Shown in pieces: positions 40,480-54,101 of a stretch of 64,000 bases of DNA. The notes under the pieces were generated by a model. The model searched no databases. It had not been told where the DNA came from and saw only the letters and a list, made by a program, of their open reading frames with translations. Positions within the stretch are counted from its first letter, which is position 1. Every line of letters begins with the position of its first letter. Source of the stretch: Paragordius varius (Eukaryota > Animalia > Nematomorpha); NCBI GenBank assembly GCA_964247055.1, contig OZ176056.1:7750001-7814000 (forward strand), in the 5' to 3' direction. A program made the translations under genes and the position numbers.

Positions 40480-41502
40480 AATTGTTTTCAAAGCAACATC
40501 AATTAAAACTCTTTTTGAAAAATCATAATAATTTTGAAGAGATTTCGTTTTTCTTTCGTCGCACAATCTTTTGATTCTGCAATATTGTTCCCAGAATGTA
40601 GTGCATCTTGGTTTTTTTTATAATAAAATTTTAATTCGTGAAAAAAACATTCAATAGGATTGAGTTGGGGCGAATAAGGTGATATAAGCTTGTTTCATAA
40701 ATTACCCAAAATAGAACATTTATGTATGGGTGCGTTGTCGCAAATGACAAACGCATCTTGTGGTAAAATGGCCAAAGACTCCTCCAAAAATGGCTTAAAA
40801 GTCTCGCCATTGAACGCTCCCTGTTTGATGCTGTAATTAACAACACCCTGTATTCCAATCATACACAACAAAGAGAGTTTTTACCTATAATAAAATAAAG
40901 ATATACCTTTATTAAAGCCCTTTACGATAGGTGCCTGTCCTGACGGTGCCCGACCGAATATATTTTTTGCTATCAATAAAAACCCCGACTCATCTAAATA
41001 ACAGATTTTGTATAAGGGCATACCGTTCACAAGACAGGCATACTCAAATCGTTTCTAAATAACCAGCGAGGAATTGCCCTGTTGAGGTTCCATAATACAC
41101 CTTTTGCGCGTGTAGTTTAATATTTTAAATATTTTATATTAGGTTTTTTGGATATTTTGCATTCTGTGGGTAATTTATTGAGAATTTCATTGACAGTCAA
41201 TTCACAATCACTATCGAGGATTGTTTTGACCTGCCCGACAGACCTTCATTGCATTTCGTTTTCCTACCCTTTTTCAATGGCTCTTTCTCTATTCCCAGAG
41301 TCATGCTTCGTCTCATAGCATTTATGGAACTTAAAGACATGTCTAAATCATCTACAAAATAACGAGACGATAATTCGTGATTCTGGGATTCCCGAAAATT
41401 TAATAGGCCTTAGTCTTTTTTTCATCTGACCAAAAATGATATTCTAAAATTAACAAAAACGGTACTTTTCCTTTTTCCTCTACCGTTTAATGAAGTTGTC
41501 AT
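40480..41502 (-). pseudogene. IS630/Tc1-like DDE transposase pseudogene with two candidate 22-nt introns
   Basis: MTTSLNGRGKRK|KYHFWSDE..LNYTRKR..ICYLDESGF..FGRAPSG..K|GKN(I)SLLCMIG..GAFNGETF..VICDNAPIHK..PYSPQLNPIECFF. Several stops and frameshifts. Confidence 0.85.
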
Positions 41503-41509
41503 ATTTTCA

Positions 41510-41815
41510 TTCCCTATCTCATTAACACCTAAAGTCTAAATGAAAAAAAACCATTGTTGCTAGGCACACTATTTTGTGTGGGTCTTATATTTTCGACAAT
41601 ATAATCTGAATCTAACATTATAAAGGGAAAAAACCATCAAGGACACCAGGACAAGTGTCTAATATCAATTCATTCCCGCCAATCTCATTAACACCTAAAT
41701 TCTAAATGAAAAAAACCATCGTTTCAGGCACAATATTTTGTGTGGGTCTTATATTTTTGTCAACATAATCTGAATCTAACATTATAAAGGGAAAAAATAC
41801 CCGCAATACCAGGTT
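41510..41815. repeat. Two-unit tandem repeat, period 166 bp
   Basis: tctcattaacacctaaa..ttttgtgtgggtcttatattt..taatctgaatctaacattataaagggaaaaaa begins at 41517 and again at 41683. Confidence 0.85.
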
Positions 41816-44800
41816 TACATCCTAACGAAATTGGATCAAATCGATTATTTAATATGGCATCTATCGTGAAAATCCCTTTTAAAATCGTTCCCATATCAAA
41901 ACAAAAAAAATTATAATTAAGATAAAAATTACAATTTTCCTAACCCTTTTATACAGTAATGTTAGTAGTGTATTTTCATTTTTTACCAAAGATTTCCGAC
42001 GCCCTTCCCCACACTTCTTTTACTTTTTTAAAGAATTGATGTGTACCATATAGCTCTTGTTTTTATATTCTTTACCAAATATTAATACCCATTTAACGAA
42101 AAAAAGTAAATTTTTGATGAAATAAAGTCTACATGACTGTATTTATATTAAAATAATTTATATGATTTTTTAATTAGTTTGTCTGTGAAATTTTTGACTT
42201 ATATAAGGGTTGAAAATTTCGATCATATAAAACCAAATAACTTATACATCCGATTGATATATAGTACCATTTGAAAGAGACAGTTTTTCACGCTTTTTCG
42301 AATAATATAAAATACATGGCTTCATATCTAAAATTTTCGGACCAATTTTCTTTTCAGATATACTAATTATGTACTTTAATGAAATAAATTTTAAATATAC
42401 AAGAATGGCATTTAAAAAAGTCAAAATTGTTGTCTAGTGTAATTAAATAAGGTTATAAAATTGGTAGAGTCACCATTATTTTATATAGGTACATTTTACA
42501 CAGGGCATTTTAAACGGAACTAATTATGTGTTATTATAAAGTGACTGTATAGTCATCAGAAAATTATTATATTTTGATCGGTGAAATTTAAAAATTATCA
42601 AAAACATTATAATTATATCCTTCAAGGACAATATATAAATCTTGGGTCTATCATCAATAAATGATAATTGCAAAACGAATGTGTAGATAAATAAAAAATT
42701 ACTATTTTTATATTTCTAAACAAGTAAAAATACATCATTATCAATATTGTGTAACTAATATAACCGTGTAAGATAAATAATATAATTGGATTACAATTTT
42801 TACCTTGAAAAAAAAAGCTTATTTATTACTAAGCCTTATCTATCTATTTAAGGAAGGAAGAAATGAAAGAATGGGTATACAATTAAAAGTATTACCTCTT
42901 TAAAAAAACAAGCTGTTTTAACAAACCAATCATGCTTTTTTGTATAAGAAAAAGAATAATGCGCATATAGGTGGCATTATTGATTGTATGACAAAAATAA
43001 TCTTCTACCTCTTCACCTAAGTTAATTTATTTGAAAAACAGATATATATATATTAGGGTTGAATATCCAATATTTAAATGATTAGAAATGTAATAAATAA
43101 TGGTAAAATCATTATCTCAATATTTCAATATTCTCCGATGTTATAACATATGCATATATATTATGATGGCTAAATATTCAATATGTTGAGTACAAGTAAT
43201 TTTAATATATTTTATTTTTTTTATAGGATCAAATTTTATCAATTTTTTTTCGAAAAAAACGTTAATGAATATATTCAAAAAGTTTTTTTTAATTTTCCTA
43301 TAGGAGCATAGAATATCGAAAAAAACTATCTGTTAATCATATAGTTTTTATTTACTCATCGAAAATTCACCTTTAGAAAAACTAAATATTTAAAATTATC
43401 AGCTCTTTTTATGAATTCTTTATAACGTCGCTTGAATTCCTCATGTGTAGATATTTTTAAAAATAAAAAATTGAAAATAACAGTTTTCAGTATTGTGGTT
43501 ATAATTTGTATTATGTAAAACAGATAAATTTTTAACGAATGCTTGTATCCATATAACAAATACGCTCAAAACATTTTAAATAATAAAATATGAATTTAGA
43601 ATGGAATTTAAAAAATCCAAAGAGATTCCGAACAAAATTTGCGCTGATAATTTTGGGATATTTAAATTTTTTTTATGATAAATAAACTATATCAAGTAAT
43701 TTTCCATCATAAAATTTAGGTTTGCCATATGAATTATAAGGTAAATGGTGTTTATTAATACCATAACTCTGTAGTCCAAAGTGATTTTAATTGGAACATG
43801 TTAAAAATCATAAAAATTTGTTAAATTAAAATTATGCATTCTTTTGCTTTGATATATAATTTACAATTTGTGAAATATCGTCAATAAAAACAGCTTTTAA
43901 ATACATTTTGGAAACAATTTTTCATTAAAAATAAATATTATCTAGTTTTGGGGGTACACTAATTAACACAATTTTAATACATTATAAAAAAAGTCAGCAT
44001 AATAAAAAATTTCTTATAATCAAACAATTAAAATTTGGGCTAGCAAAAAAAGCAGTTGCCATAATCCCAAATTTTAAAAGCGCGATATATCTTTTCGTTT
44101 TAAACTTGGTTGAATATACACTATTAAATTATAAGTAAGGAATTCCAAAAGTGTCCTTTGATTCGATCTATAGAACTAGTTTTTAATAGAGCAGTAAATG
44201 AGCATATTTTAGATTAATATGTTTTTAGGTCATGATCTTAAAAATCACGAAATTAAAATAGGCAGTCAGTTGAAACTTATATTTTTTAATTAATCAAATG
44301 GGTATTATTATATAGACATGGATACATGTTTAAGTTTAAGATATGATATAAATTTATAAAATGAATGACAATAATAAAACATCAGATAAAAGCTTAATTA
44401 TGGTTTCTTTACTTGTACCTGAGACCAAGAAATGGAGTAAAAAGCCTGAAAAATACGAAATTGTTATATAAATAAACTTTCGTTAGAAGTTAAATATTTT
44501 AAAAAAGTATTTATTTGTTATAACCCATTTTATCAAACGAACGGTTTTAATATATGTTTATATATATAATATATATAATATATTTTGGAAAAAAAGATAT
44601 TTTAGTATTAACATATTCTTTACAAATTTTTATGGTTTAATTTCGATTATTTTATGTATGATTATTGCATTTTCCACTTTGACTTTAAAAAAGTTGAAGT
44701 TTACCGCATAAACATAGTGTCTCTATGATTTGAGAAGTGGCCTTTTGATTTACTGAAAATTAGATAAATTTTACGCATTGACTTAAACCAAGTTGAATAT

Positions 44801-44992
44801 ATTTTTGAATGCAGCGCAATTTTTATATGTTGTGTACTCTGAGATATATAATTTGCGAAAACTTTACTTCATCTTATAAAATTACTATGTAATTAATATA
44901 AAAAATATGTGATAAAGCTTTTACACTCTCATAAATATGAAGTTTTCTATTTTTTATATGCAATTAATTATATTTCATTACAACATTTACAG

Positions 44993-46125
44993 ATGTGATA
45001 TTTGCCATTGCTTGTATTTTGATTGTTTTAACCATCCTGGGAAATGTTATTATCATTGTTATGTTTTGGTCATTCAAGGATATTCGGATATCTCGGAATT
45101 ATATTGTCTTCTCATTGGCTTGTGCCGATTTGCTTATTGGAATTTTTGCTTTACCATTTGCTACTGTTCAACTTAAGATGGGACGTTGGCCTTTTAGTAT
45201 TGCTATGTGTGATTCCCATGTCACCATCGATGTAACTGCTACACTCATTAGCGTTTTCACAGTTACAATAACTGCCCTCATGGATGTGAGACTCGTATTT
45301 AGTCACACAAAGTTATCGGCCATATACTCCAAAGGCAATGTTATGTTGGCTATAGCTGCTAGTTGGTTAATACCAACCCTAACCATGGTTATACCCATCA
45401 TGATTGACCCAAGCCGAATGAAGCTATATATTAAAGCTGTAGAACCTGTAACCATGAAAGATTTAGCCCAAGTTCCTATCGAAGATCTTCCTGATAATTT
45501 TTCGCGTGCTTATGATGTCCACCAAAGACAACCGTTTCAGTGCCTACCCGATTTTGAAATTCATTTTTTCATAGGCATCGTTTCCTTTTTTTACATTTTT
45601 GGGGTGATAGTAATCATAGTATGTTATGCTATTATTATGGGTAAAATCCTTTCTCAATCTTCCAAAATGCGCAGAAATTTGATAACTCCAATAAACAGGG
45701 CTCTTGGTAGTCCAAATATGATAAGATCAATCCCTGTTCAAAGCAGTGCTTCAGTTATGGATCAAAGAAATCGACGATTCCTTAAGTTAACATTTGCTTT
45801 GGGTATGGTAGCGTGCATCTGTTACACACCGGGAGCCATAGTTTTTCTAATGGAGGGCAGTAAAAAAGTTAACATTCCGCTTTGGGTCTTTACGTTTGCC
45901 ATATGGTTTAGCTATGCGAAATCAGCCATAAACCCACTCCTTTATGGATTTTTGAATGCAAAATTTCGGGTTCATTTGGGACGATTTTTCGGATTTAACC
46001 CAACGCCTGAAGCTACCTCACATTATTCCACCCATGTCACCAACAGATTTTCACGCCAGATTTCTGTGAATAAAGGACAAAATTCACCCGGTTTTATATT
46101 TTCTATATATTTTATGATAGGATAA
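44993..46125 (+). CDS. Class A GPCR, aminergic-like, paralog 2 (intact coding exon; upstream exon not found)
   Basis: 376-aa ORF with seven hydrophobic segments, GN, LACADLL, CDSHVTID, CYTP and NPLLY. Begins after tttacag with no in-frame ATG, so a phase-1 intron is inferred. Confidence 0.92.
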
Positions 46126-46526
46126 AAATATGCGTTTATATAGAGAAAAGAGTTATATATATTAATTAATAATTTATTATAAAAAGGCTAAATTTAATTG
46201 ATGAAAGGACCAACTCTTAAAATTCTAAACTTAAATTTCATCATAATTATTTACATAATTATTGATTTAAGCAAAGAAAAGAAGTCTGCATCGATTTAAT
46301 ATAAAATGTTTTAATAATATTTGTACAATGATGTGTCCCTTTTAATATTGGTAATATGTATAGTTAATACCTAAAAATATAATAATTAGAATATGGTTAT
46401 ACAGCTGGTCCAGGGTATATCTATTTATATATTAAATAGATTATAGTCCATGAAATAAATTTTTGCGCGCCGAATTAAATTTAATATTGTTGGTTTAATT
46501 TGTGAATAGGCAATTAATATCTTATA

Positions 46527-48682
46527 TACTCAGTGTCCTCAAAAAAATAATCTGATAGGATAGTGTATCAGGTTTATTATGGTGCTATTCGTTTTGACTT
46601 TTATGAGTGATTTAAGGAAGATAATTACACTCTAGTGGTAAGTGTTCCATATCAGATAATGGCAAACTTGGCATTTTTTTTAGATAAATTTTTTTGGTGA
46701 ATAATATAAAATTCAATGCAATATTTTTTATAATTTTTAGACGTGGGCTCCGAAATTCCAAAATTTTTTTCTCTTCTAAAATGTTTTCTTTTATAATAAA
46801 CGCAAAAATGCCGGCATTGAGGGACAAAAATTTTAAACATATGCTAAGTTTTGATTTTTTAAAAAATACATGCTTTTTTCATAATTTTATTTTACTTTTG
46901 AGGCATGATGGAAAAGTAAAAACGCTATAAGATTATATAAAAACATGTATATATATTTTAGTGATGACTAACATTTCTAACAACTTAGAATTTCGATTAT
47001 GGATTTTGAAAAACACAATTCACCAAAATTAAAAAGCAAACGAACCTTTAAATTAAAATCTGAGGTGATTGAAATGTTCAACATGATCGAATTATATACA
47101 AAATGTTTTTTTTAAATAATATCTAAAAGTGTTTTTTTTTACCGTTTTTATGCCTCAAAATAGTATGAAACTTTAATAAAATTTTCCTAAAAATTAAAAG
47201 TTTGTAAAAATATGATTTTTTTAAAAAATATTTTTAATTCATATCAAAAATTAGCATTTATTTAGAATATTACCGCGCAATCCCGGCATCTTTGCGTATA
47301 TTTTAAGAGAACAAGCTCATTTTAGTAAAGCGAAAAAATTTGGGACTTTCAGAGACATTTATAATTAAAATTTTTTAAAAATATTGTATTGCTTTAAATT
47401 TGTAGTTATAATTAAGGTTGTGCTTACTAAGTCATGACCCGGTAAATTGATCTGGTCATCAGGTCAGTGACTATTTTTTGACCATGGTCATTTTTTTGAA
47501 TAATTTCTAGTAAATTTTTTTTAAAGAGATATAAAAAGATTTTATTGTTTTTATATATATATTATATAAATTAATGAAAGAAATAAAATAAATTAAGATA
47601 TTTTTTTGAAATAACCAGGATTAGAAGCTTATTCGAAGATTTAGAAGCCCACAAACATGTAATCATTTGTAAACAAAATTCTTGATAAAATTTGAGTGTA
47701 TATTTGTAAATATATAAAAAAATCTATAATTCGAACTTTTAAGAAAACATGACATTATTAGTGAAACGCAGTTTCAGCATTATTTTCACATTGTCCAATA
47801 TCGCATGATATATCATTTACACTTCAAGATTGTCGTTAAACACTTCTAGTTGGTCCTTGAACATTTCAAGTTTGTCCTTGAACATTTCAAGTTTGTCCTT
47901 GAACATTTCAAGTTTGTCCTTGAACACAGTTGGTCCTTTGACTTTTTTATTCAATTTTTAACTTTTATCAATCGTATATCATTCATCTATTTTATAATTT
48001 TAAACCTATTATCTAATTTAACAATTTCAAATCAATATCACCTATTAATCATTGAGAAACCGTATATCTTTATTCCTTTCTTAAATTATTTTGTATATTT
48101 AAAAGATTTTAACACGTAATTTAAAAATATATAAGTTTTCTGGGTTATTACAATTTTTTATTGGAAACATTTATAAGTTTATAATTTTGTTGAATTTGGA
48201 AAAAATTAGTTTGAATTAAAAAAGTGGTTTTTGAATAAAAATTTTATTTTTAAATGAATATTAGGTTAAAAATAATAAAAAAACATGCAAAAATTATGGT
48301 TAAATTAAAATTTAAAAATTTTAAGGACCAACTTGTTCAAGGACCTACTTGAAGTGTTCAAGAACACTCTTGAAATGGTATATATGTACTTAAGTAAAAA
48401 GTGGTCATTGGGTCTGACCGGAATTTTTTGAAAAGGCAGTCAAATGCACACCCTAGTTATTAAACATTTTAGTAATATTTTTTGGACTGACTAGTTTTCG
48501 CCCAAAAATATTATTTTATAAAATGTATGTAAGTTTTGCCATATCTGATATGGAGGGCTTACCACAAAGGTGCAGACTCTTTATATCACCTCTAAAAGCC
48601 ACAAAAGCACCATGATAATTCTGAAACATTATTCTATCGAAATACAGAATATTTTTCATATCCCCTGATTTTGGAGGCAGTA
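46527..48682. mobile_element. ~2.1-kb TIR element (CACTG/TACTG termini) with nested MITE
   Basis: gtaagtgttccatatcag (~46640) versus ctgatatggagggcttac (~48547); aacgcaaaaatgccgg (~46800) versus cccggcatctttgcgt (~47282); right end ggaggcagta|TA. Confidence 0.65.
47811..48380. mobile_element. MITE, TACCATTTG family
   Basis: TA|TATCATTTACACTTCAAG .. cttgaaatggta|TA with 21-bp cttgaacatttcaagtttgtc units. Confidence 0.82.
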
Positions 48683-48902
48683 TATATTAAATGCCTAAAA
48701 TTATTTGAAATCAAAATAAATATCGCCAAAATTGTTTACAGAATTTTCGCCAAAACCCTAATAATATTGTAATAAAATATATTATTATTATAGATTATTA
48801 GTATCAGCTATTTGTTTGGGATTTATGGTTTAATAAAACGATATTAGAAAGTTAAAATACGAGTTTTTTTGTCAAATACTTTAATTTTTGGTTTCTAAAA
48901 TT

Positions 48903-48943
<41 letters not shown>

Positions 48944-48946
<3 letters not shown>

Positions 48947-50083
48947 TGAGTGCAAAAATTTTAACTAAATAATTTTTTTTCATAAGATACCTTATGACCA
49001 GCATTTGCCGCATACATTTTTAATTTGCTTACGACCCAGTTAATGAAATATTGAGAGAAAATACGGACAAAATTGAAAATTAAAGATAAAAAAGGATAAT
49101 TTAAATAATGATTAAGTTGAAATATTATAACTTATTATAATTTTAGAAAATATTTTCAATATATAAATATCCTAAAATTTAGGGTCTCTTTAAAATATCA
49201 ATTCAAAAAGGCGTGTTTCTTATAACACATCTTAAAAGACAAAAAATTAATTAGGAATCTATATTAAAATAATTTAATTATTAACTAATTAACCTCACAA
49301 TTAAAATTTTAACATTCATATTTTATTCAGTAAAAAAACTTATATATCAAAATGAAACTAAAAAATATTGTTTTTTATTATTTCATTTTTTGTTTCTCGG
49401 TTTATGACGGTATAAAAAATTTACTTTAATTTGGGAAATTCACATGAGAGAAGTATATAAATTAATAAAAAATAAAATTTACAATTAGTGAATTAACCAA
49501 AAATCCGTTCATATCCCAGTAAAAATAGTAATTTGTGTTAAAACAAAGTTTTTACAGGATTTCGAAAGAATTTTGGTTGATATTCAACTACTTGTACATC
49601 CTATATTGTATGAATTTATATATGCCACTCATGTAAGATTCCAAATAAAACAGTAGATATTTTATACTCTCATAAACCAGATAAAAAATGGAAAGTAAAT
49701 AACTTTTTTATTTTAATATTTAAGTTTTCTTTACTGAATAATATATAATGTTTTTAATTGTGAGTTTAGCAAGTAAATAATTAAAAAAATTTTTTTAATG
49801 TAATTACATTAAAAATATTTTGTCTTCTATTGTTATAAAAACGCGATTTTTTGATCTGAGTTCTTATAAAAATCCTAACTATATGATTTTAGGTTATTTA
49901 TAAAATTGTAAATATCTGCTTAAATGTTAAACCGTATATCAATAATTTTTTTCCTTAATTATCCTTAATTTTTTTTTAATATTTCCTAGGTCGTAAACTA
50001 ATACAATTTTTTACGGCAAATGAATACGCTGGTCATAAGCTATCTTATGAAAAAATTTTGATTAACTTTCTTCGCACACAGTG
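48944..50083. mobile_element. ~1.1-kb foldback element, second copy
   Basis: tactgagtgcaaaaa .. ttcgcacacagtg; same internal palindromic blocks as 36191-37310 (cttatgaccagc / gctggtcataag). Confidence 0.8.
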
Positions 50084-50852
50084 TTATGTTTGATCTTTCT
50101 CTTTTGATTTTAATTTATCTGTAACATACTACCATGTATCGAAATTTTTGGATATAGATTTAATATTTTACCCGAATTCAATTATTATTTTAACATAAAA
50201 TTTGTTTTTTGTGTTCGTCTGTACAATTTCTATTTTTACTGTAACAGGGAACCTTAAAAATATAAATAACAAAACTGATTCAGTCCATCAAAGTATAGCA
50301 CAAAGTGATATTCCAATCCAAAAACGCAAAAAAACTGCGACATCTACCATAACACCATTAGATGTATAGAGTCTCCATGGTACTACCAAAAAAATATCTT
50401 AGGCCAATTTTTTGTTATATTACAGTATAAATTTCAATTTTATAAAGATAAAATGATAAAAGCAAAAAATCTTTCTATAAAGAAAATAATGTCATTTGCA
50501 ATTTAACTTAAATGTTTATTACAATTAATTAATAAAGATCCTAAAATATGGTCGGTTTTATACCAAACATATTAGTCGACTGTATGCTTTGTCTTACAAT
50601 CTATTTTTTAATTATAACTTAACATATCTCCTTCGGTTACTCTATATGATGCAATTTTAATAGAAAATTACTTAATTTTATATCTTTTATATAAATATGA
50701 TGTAATGTGAGAATCTGTGCAAATAAAAGTTAATATTTGAAATAACTATTATTGTGATCTAAAATCTAATCATTATCTAATAAATTTAGATAACTTTACA
50801 TAATTTTCATTATCATTATGTTAAAAAAACTGAAAAACGGATTATTAGTTTA

Positions 50853-51560
50853 CCGGGTGTGCACTCATATTTGCCTATTTTTTTTGGTAAAAACCCATAA
50901 TTTCTAAAGGACGACATCTAATAATTATTTTATACAAAATATTGTCCATCATTACACATTTCACACATCTCCCAGATAAGTTATTAGTGGCAATGTGAGA
51001 AAAACAAATATGGTTTCTAACCATTCTCAATCCATTTTCCAAGGTCTTCTTGGTGCTCGGCGCTGGCCCATTCGTGTAAAATCACACAAGTCAAAGCTCC
51101 AGGTCTGGTGTTCATGGCGGATGCAAAAAAATTTCCTCCGAGGTGATTTTAAGGTGTATTTCAATTTTGCTGTGTGAGATGGATCATTGTCATGTAGCAA
51201 ACTTATTTTGCCATGTTTTCTACCCAACTCCGGTGGTTTTTATATTGATACATTGTTTTAATTATTTGGTGACGATACCGTTATTTTTAACGATTTTACC
51301 GGGTTTTATAGCATGATAATACTGCTCTGTCTTTTCAAGACACAGAACATAGTGTTCTTCCCAAAATGATTTGGCCTTATTGTTAATGGATCGGCTTTAC
51401 TAGGTAAATGCAATTATATTTTCCGCCCTATGAAAAAATAAAGTCGTTTTTTTACCCGTTACGATTCCATCCAAAAATGATTTTATCAAAGTTCACTGGA
51501 TTGAAACCGCAACGCTGCCTCATTTGTGGCTTCATATTACAAAAAAATTGAATTTAAATG
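50853..51560 (-). mobile_element. Degenerate mariner transposase remnant
   Basis: Minus-strand FLDGIVTG, RKHGKISLLHDNDPSH, HPP*TPDL and KCV..DGQYF fragments; TIR-like ccgggtgtgcactc at 50853. Confidence 0.75.
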
Positions 51561-52084
51561 TAAATTAGTGGATAAATAAAGATTATTAATTTCATATTAT
51601 AGGATGGACAAATAATCTTTAAATGATAAAAGAGCTAAATAAAAATAAATAAGGACCAAGTTAAAGACATTCTTAATTGTTTAAGCCAAATTTAAAGTGT
51701 AAATGGAGTATCATAAATAAAATTTGGAAGTGATCCAACAACCCCGACTTTTTTCGATATAATTGACAACTAAACGCCATTTTGCACTCGTAAAGGACTT
51801 TAAAGTTTTCATATAAAATGTGGATTTTATCAAAACTAAATACACTCAAAATTACAAATATAAATAAACTGCGTTGCAAATTCATTTACCACTCAATGTA
51901 GCAGATGATCGAGATTTACATTTGACAAAACCTAGATGTCTAACCATCGCTTTTATGAAGATAAATGATGTTATATGTTTATTATCCATTTTGATTTAAA
52001 ATATCTCTCAAGTTTTAAACTGCAATGTATGAAATAGAGATGTAAATTGATAACAGAATTAATTGTATGTTTAACAATTGTAGT

Positions 52085-54101
52085 AATATATATATTTATA
52101 AAATTGGAAAATGCTGGCTTTGTGATCTGTTTCCTGAAACCGGTAGACCCATTCAAATCCACATGTCGAAAAAATATAATCATTAATGAATGCCCCGACA
52201 ATAGCTTCGTCCTTTTTTGAATTAGGCCTCCAGTTCGGGCCCACTCCATATAGAAAACGACTTTTTTGAAAACGAAAGTCCACAAAAATGGTGTCTGTGA
52301 GAAAATTTTCCGGAATACGTGTTGGACCATTCGATTTCAAATATAATTATTTTTTACTTATGTTCGATTGCGCCGAACATAGTCGGCTCTCATTTTTAAT
52401 TTAGGTCCTCTTTTTACCCGCTCCCCCCGTAAAATGCCATTTTTTCAAAAAAACTAGGTATACAAAAATAATTTTTTGAATCTATCTTTCGCCCAGGGGA
52501 CCGTAAAAATTCTATGTGGATTCCAGGTATTTTCTGTTGAAAGGCAAAAAATTTAGTCGTGCGTTTTTTTAAATTAGCTGCTGGGTAAGGAGACATCCGC
52601 TAAAGATAGCCCCGTCATATCGAAATAACATTCTTTAGGAGTTAATTTTCAGAATATCAGACCACATAAGTTCAATAAGGGCCTAAAATATTACCCCTAA
52701 AAAGGGAAAAATTTAAGTCTAGCGGTTTTTAAAATTAACCGTTAATTGGACCCTTTACAAATAATGCGCTATATTATTTTTCGAAAGCCATTCTTCCAAA
52801 ATCTATTAAAAACATAATGATGATTCCAGGTATACCCCTATAAAGGTAATAATTTTTATCAAATGTCTTTTTTTATTGGACTCTGAGTAGGGGGCTACTC
52901 GCCTACAACTGCGCCACCATATCGATGAAACGTGACTTTGTTAGAAAACTTACCAGGCCATATGGTTCAATAAGGGCTTTAAATATTACCCGTAAAAAGG
53001 CACATATTTAACTAGAGTGGTTTTATTACACCTTAATTAGACCCTTGCCCTAAAAAATGCGCCACCATAGAATGACTTTTTTGAGGTAGTTTTCGAAAAT
53101 CCCACGGAAGCACATGGAATCAGTCATGATTCCAGGTATTATCCTAATGGCAAAAATTTTAATCCAGCGTTTTTTTTGTTTCGCCCCCGGTTAGGGGGCT
53201 ACTCGCGTAAGTAAAACTGCGTCACCATATAGATCCTGTCTTTGGAGCCAAATTTCCGAAAACCTATGAAATGAATTGGAACATATGGTCCATGATCCAG
53301 ATATTCCCCATATACAGACAAATTTGCCCAACGCATTTATACCTGCCCCTGGGTAAAGAACTACCCACCAAAAACTGCGCCACTATATAGAAATTGCTTT
53401 GTTTTGGAGCTAATTTACAGAAAATTTATGAGGCCATTTGAGCTCATTAAAAGCTTGAAATATCCGTAACTAGGTAAAAATTAAGGTCAGGATTTTATTA
53501 GCCGTTAATTTGGGGCCTTATGCCCTAAATATACGCCTTCATATAACGATTATTTAGTGTTGAGGTATTTTCTCATGAGACGATGGTATCAAAGATGATT
53601 CCAAACATTTGCCCTATGAAGGCAAAAATTTTAACTCAACGCTTTTTCCATATAGGTCTATCATAGGGTTCTACCGGTTACTGAGACGCCATACGAAAAT
53701 CGCGTGTTTTTGGAGAATTCTTTAAGAAGCCAAACACATTTCTGGCGAATTCGTATTATAACATTCTTTCCTTTAAAAAGAGACTACAAATGATTTACTT
53801 TTTATATTCCTTGATCCCAGCTGTGTGGACACAATATCAAAATAAAAATTTTAACCATGATTTCGTACTTAAAATAAATCCAATAATAGTTGAATATAAT
53901 TAAAATAAGAGACTGTTTAAATATGGTCAATTTCGATTATTGAGCCTATGCAAAAACCCGTAAAAGAATAATTAAATAGACATTCTTTTATTAAAGATGT
54001 TTTTTTTGTTTTTTTATCTCCATAACCTCTATTTATTGCTAAATATTAAGAATAATTTTCGGTAAGACTACGTCACAGCGAAACGTGACAGGGCCAGCTA
54101 G
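52085..54101 (+). mobile_element. Non-autonomous Helitron (copy 2) with internal ~315-bp tandem array and intact 3' end
   Basis: 3' hairpin GTCAC-agcgaaac-GTGAC (54072-89), then GGGCCAG CTAG^T (54098-54102). Body is the reverse complement of 5516-7360. Confidence 0.82.

Larger units (their letters stand above)
39420..42139 (-). mobile_element. Probable IS630/Tc1-superfamily element: ~165-bp inverted repeats flanking the transposase pseudogene
   Basis: 39420-39586 is the reverse complement of ~41975-42139 (aagtgtgggggaagggcgtc / gacgcccttccccacactt). Right end reads TA|CAGTCATGTAGAC on the minus strand; left end degenerate. That these arms belong to this transposase is inferred. Confidence 0.55.
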
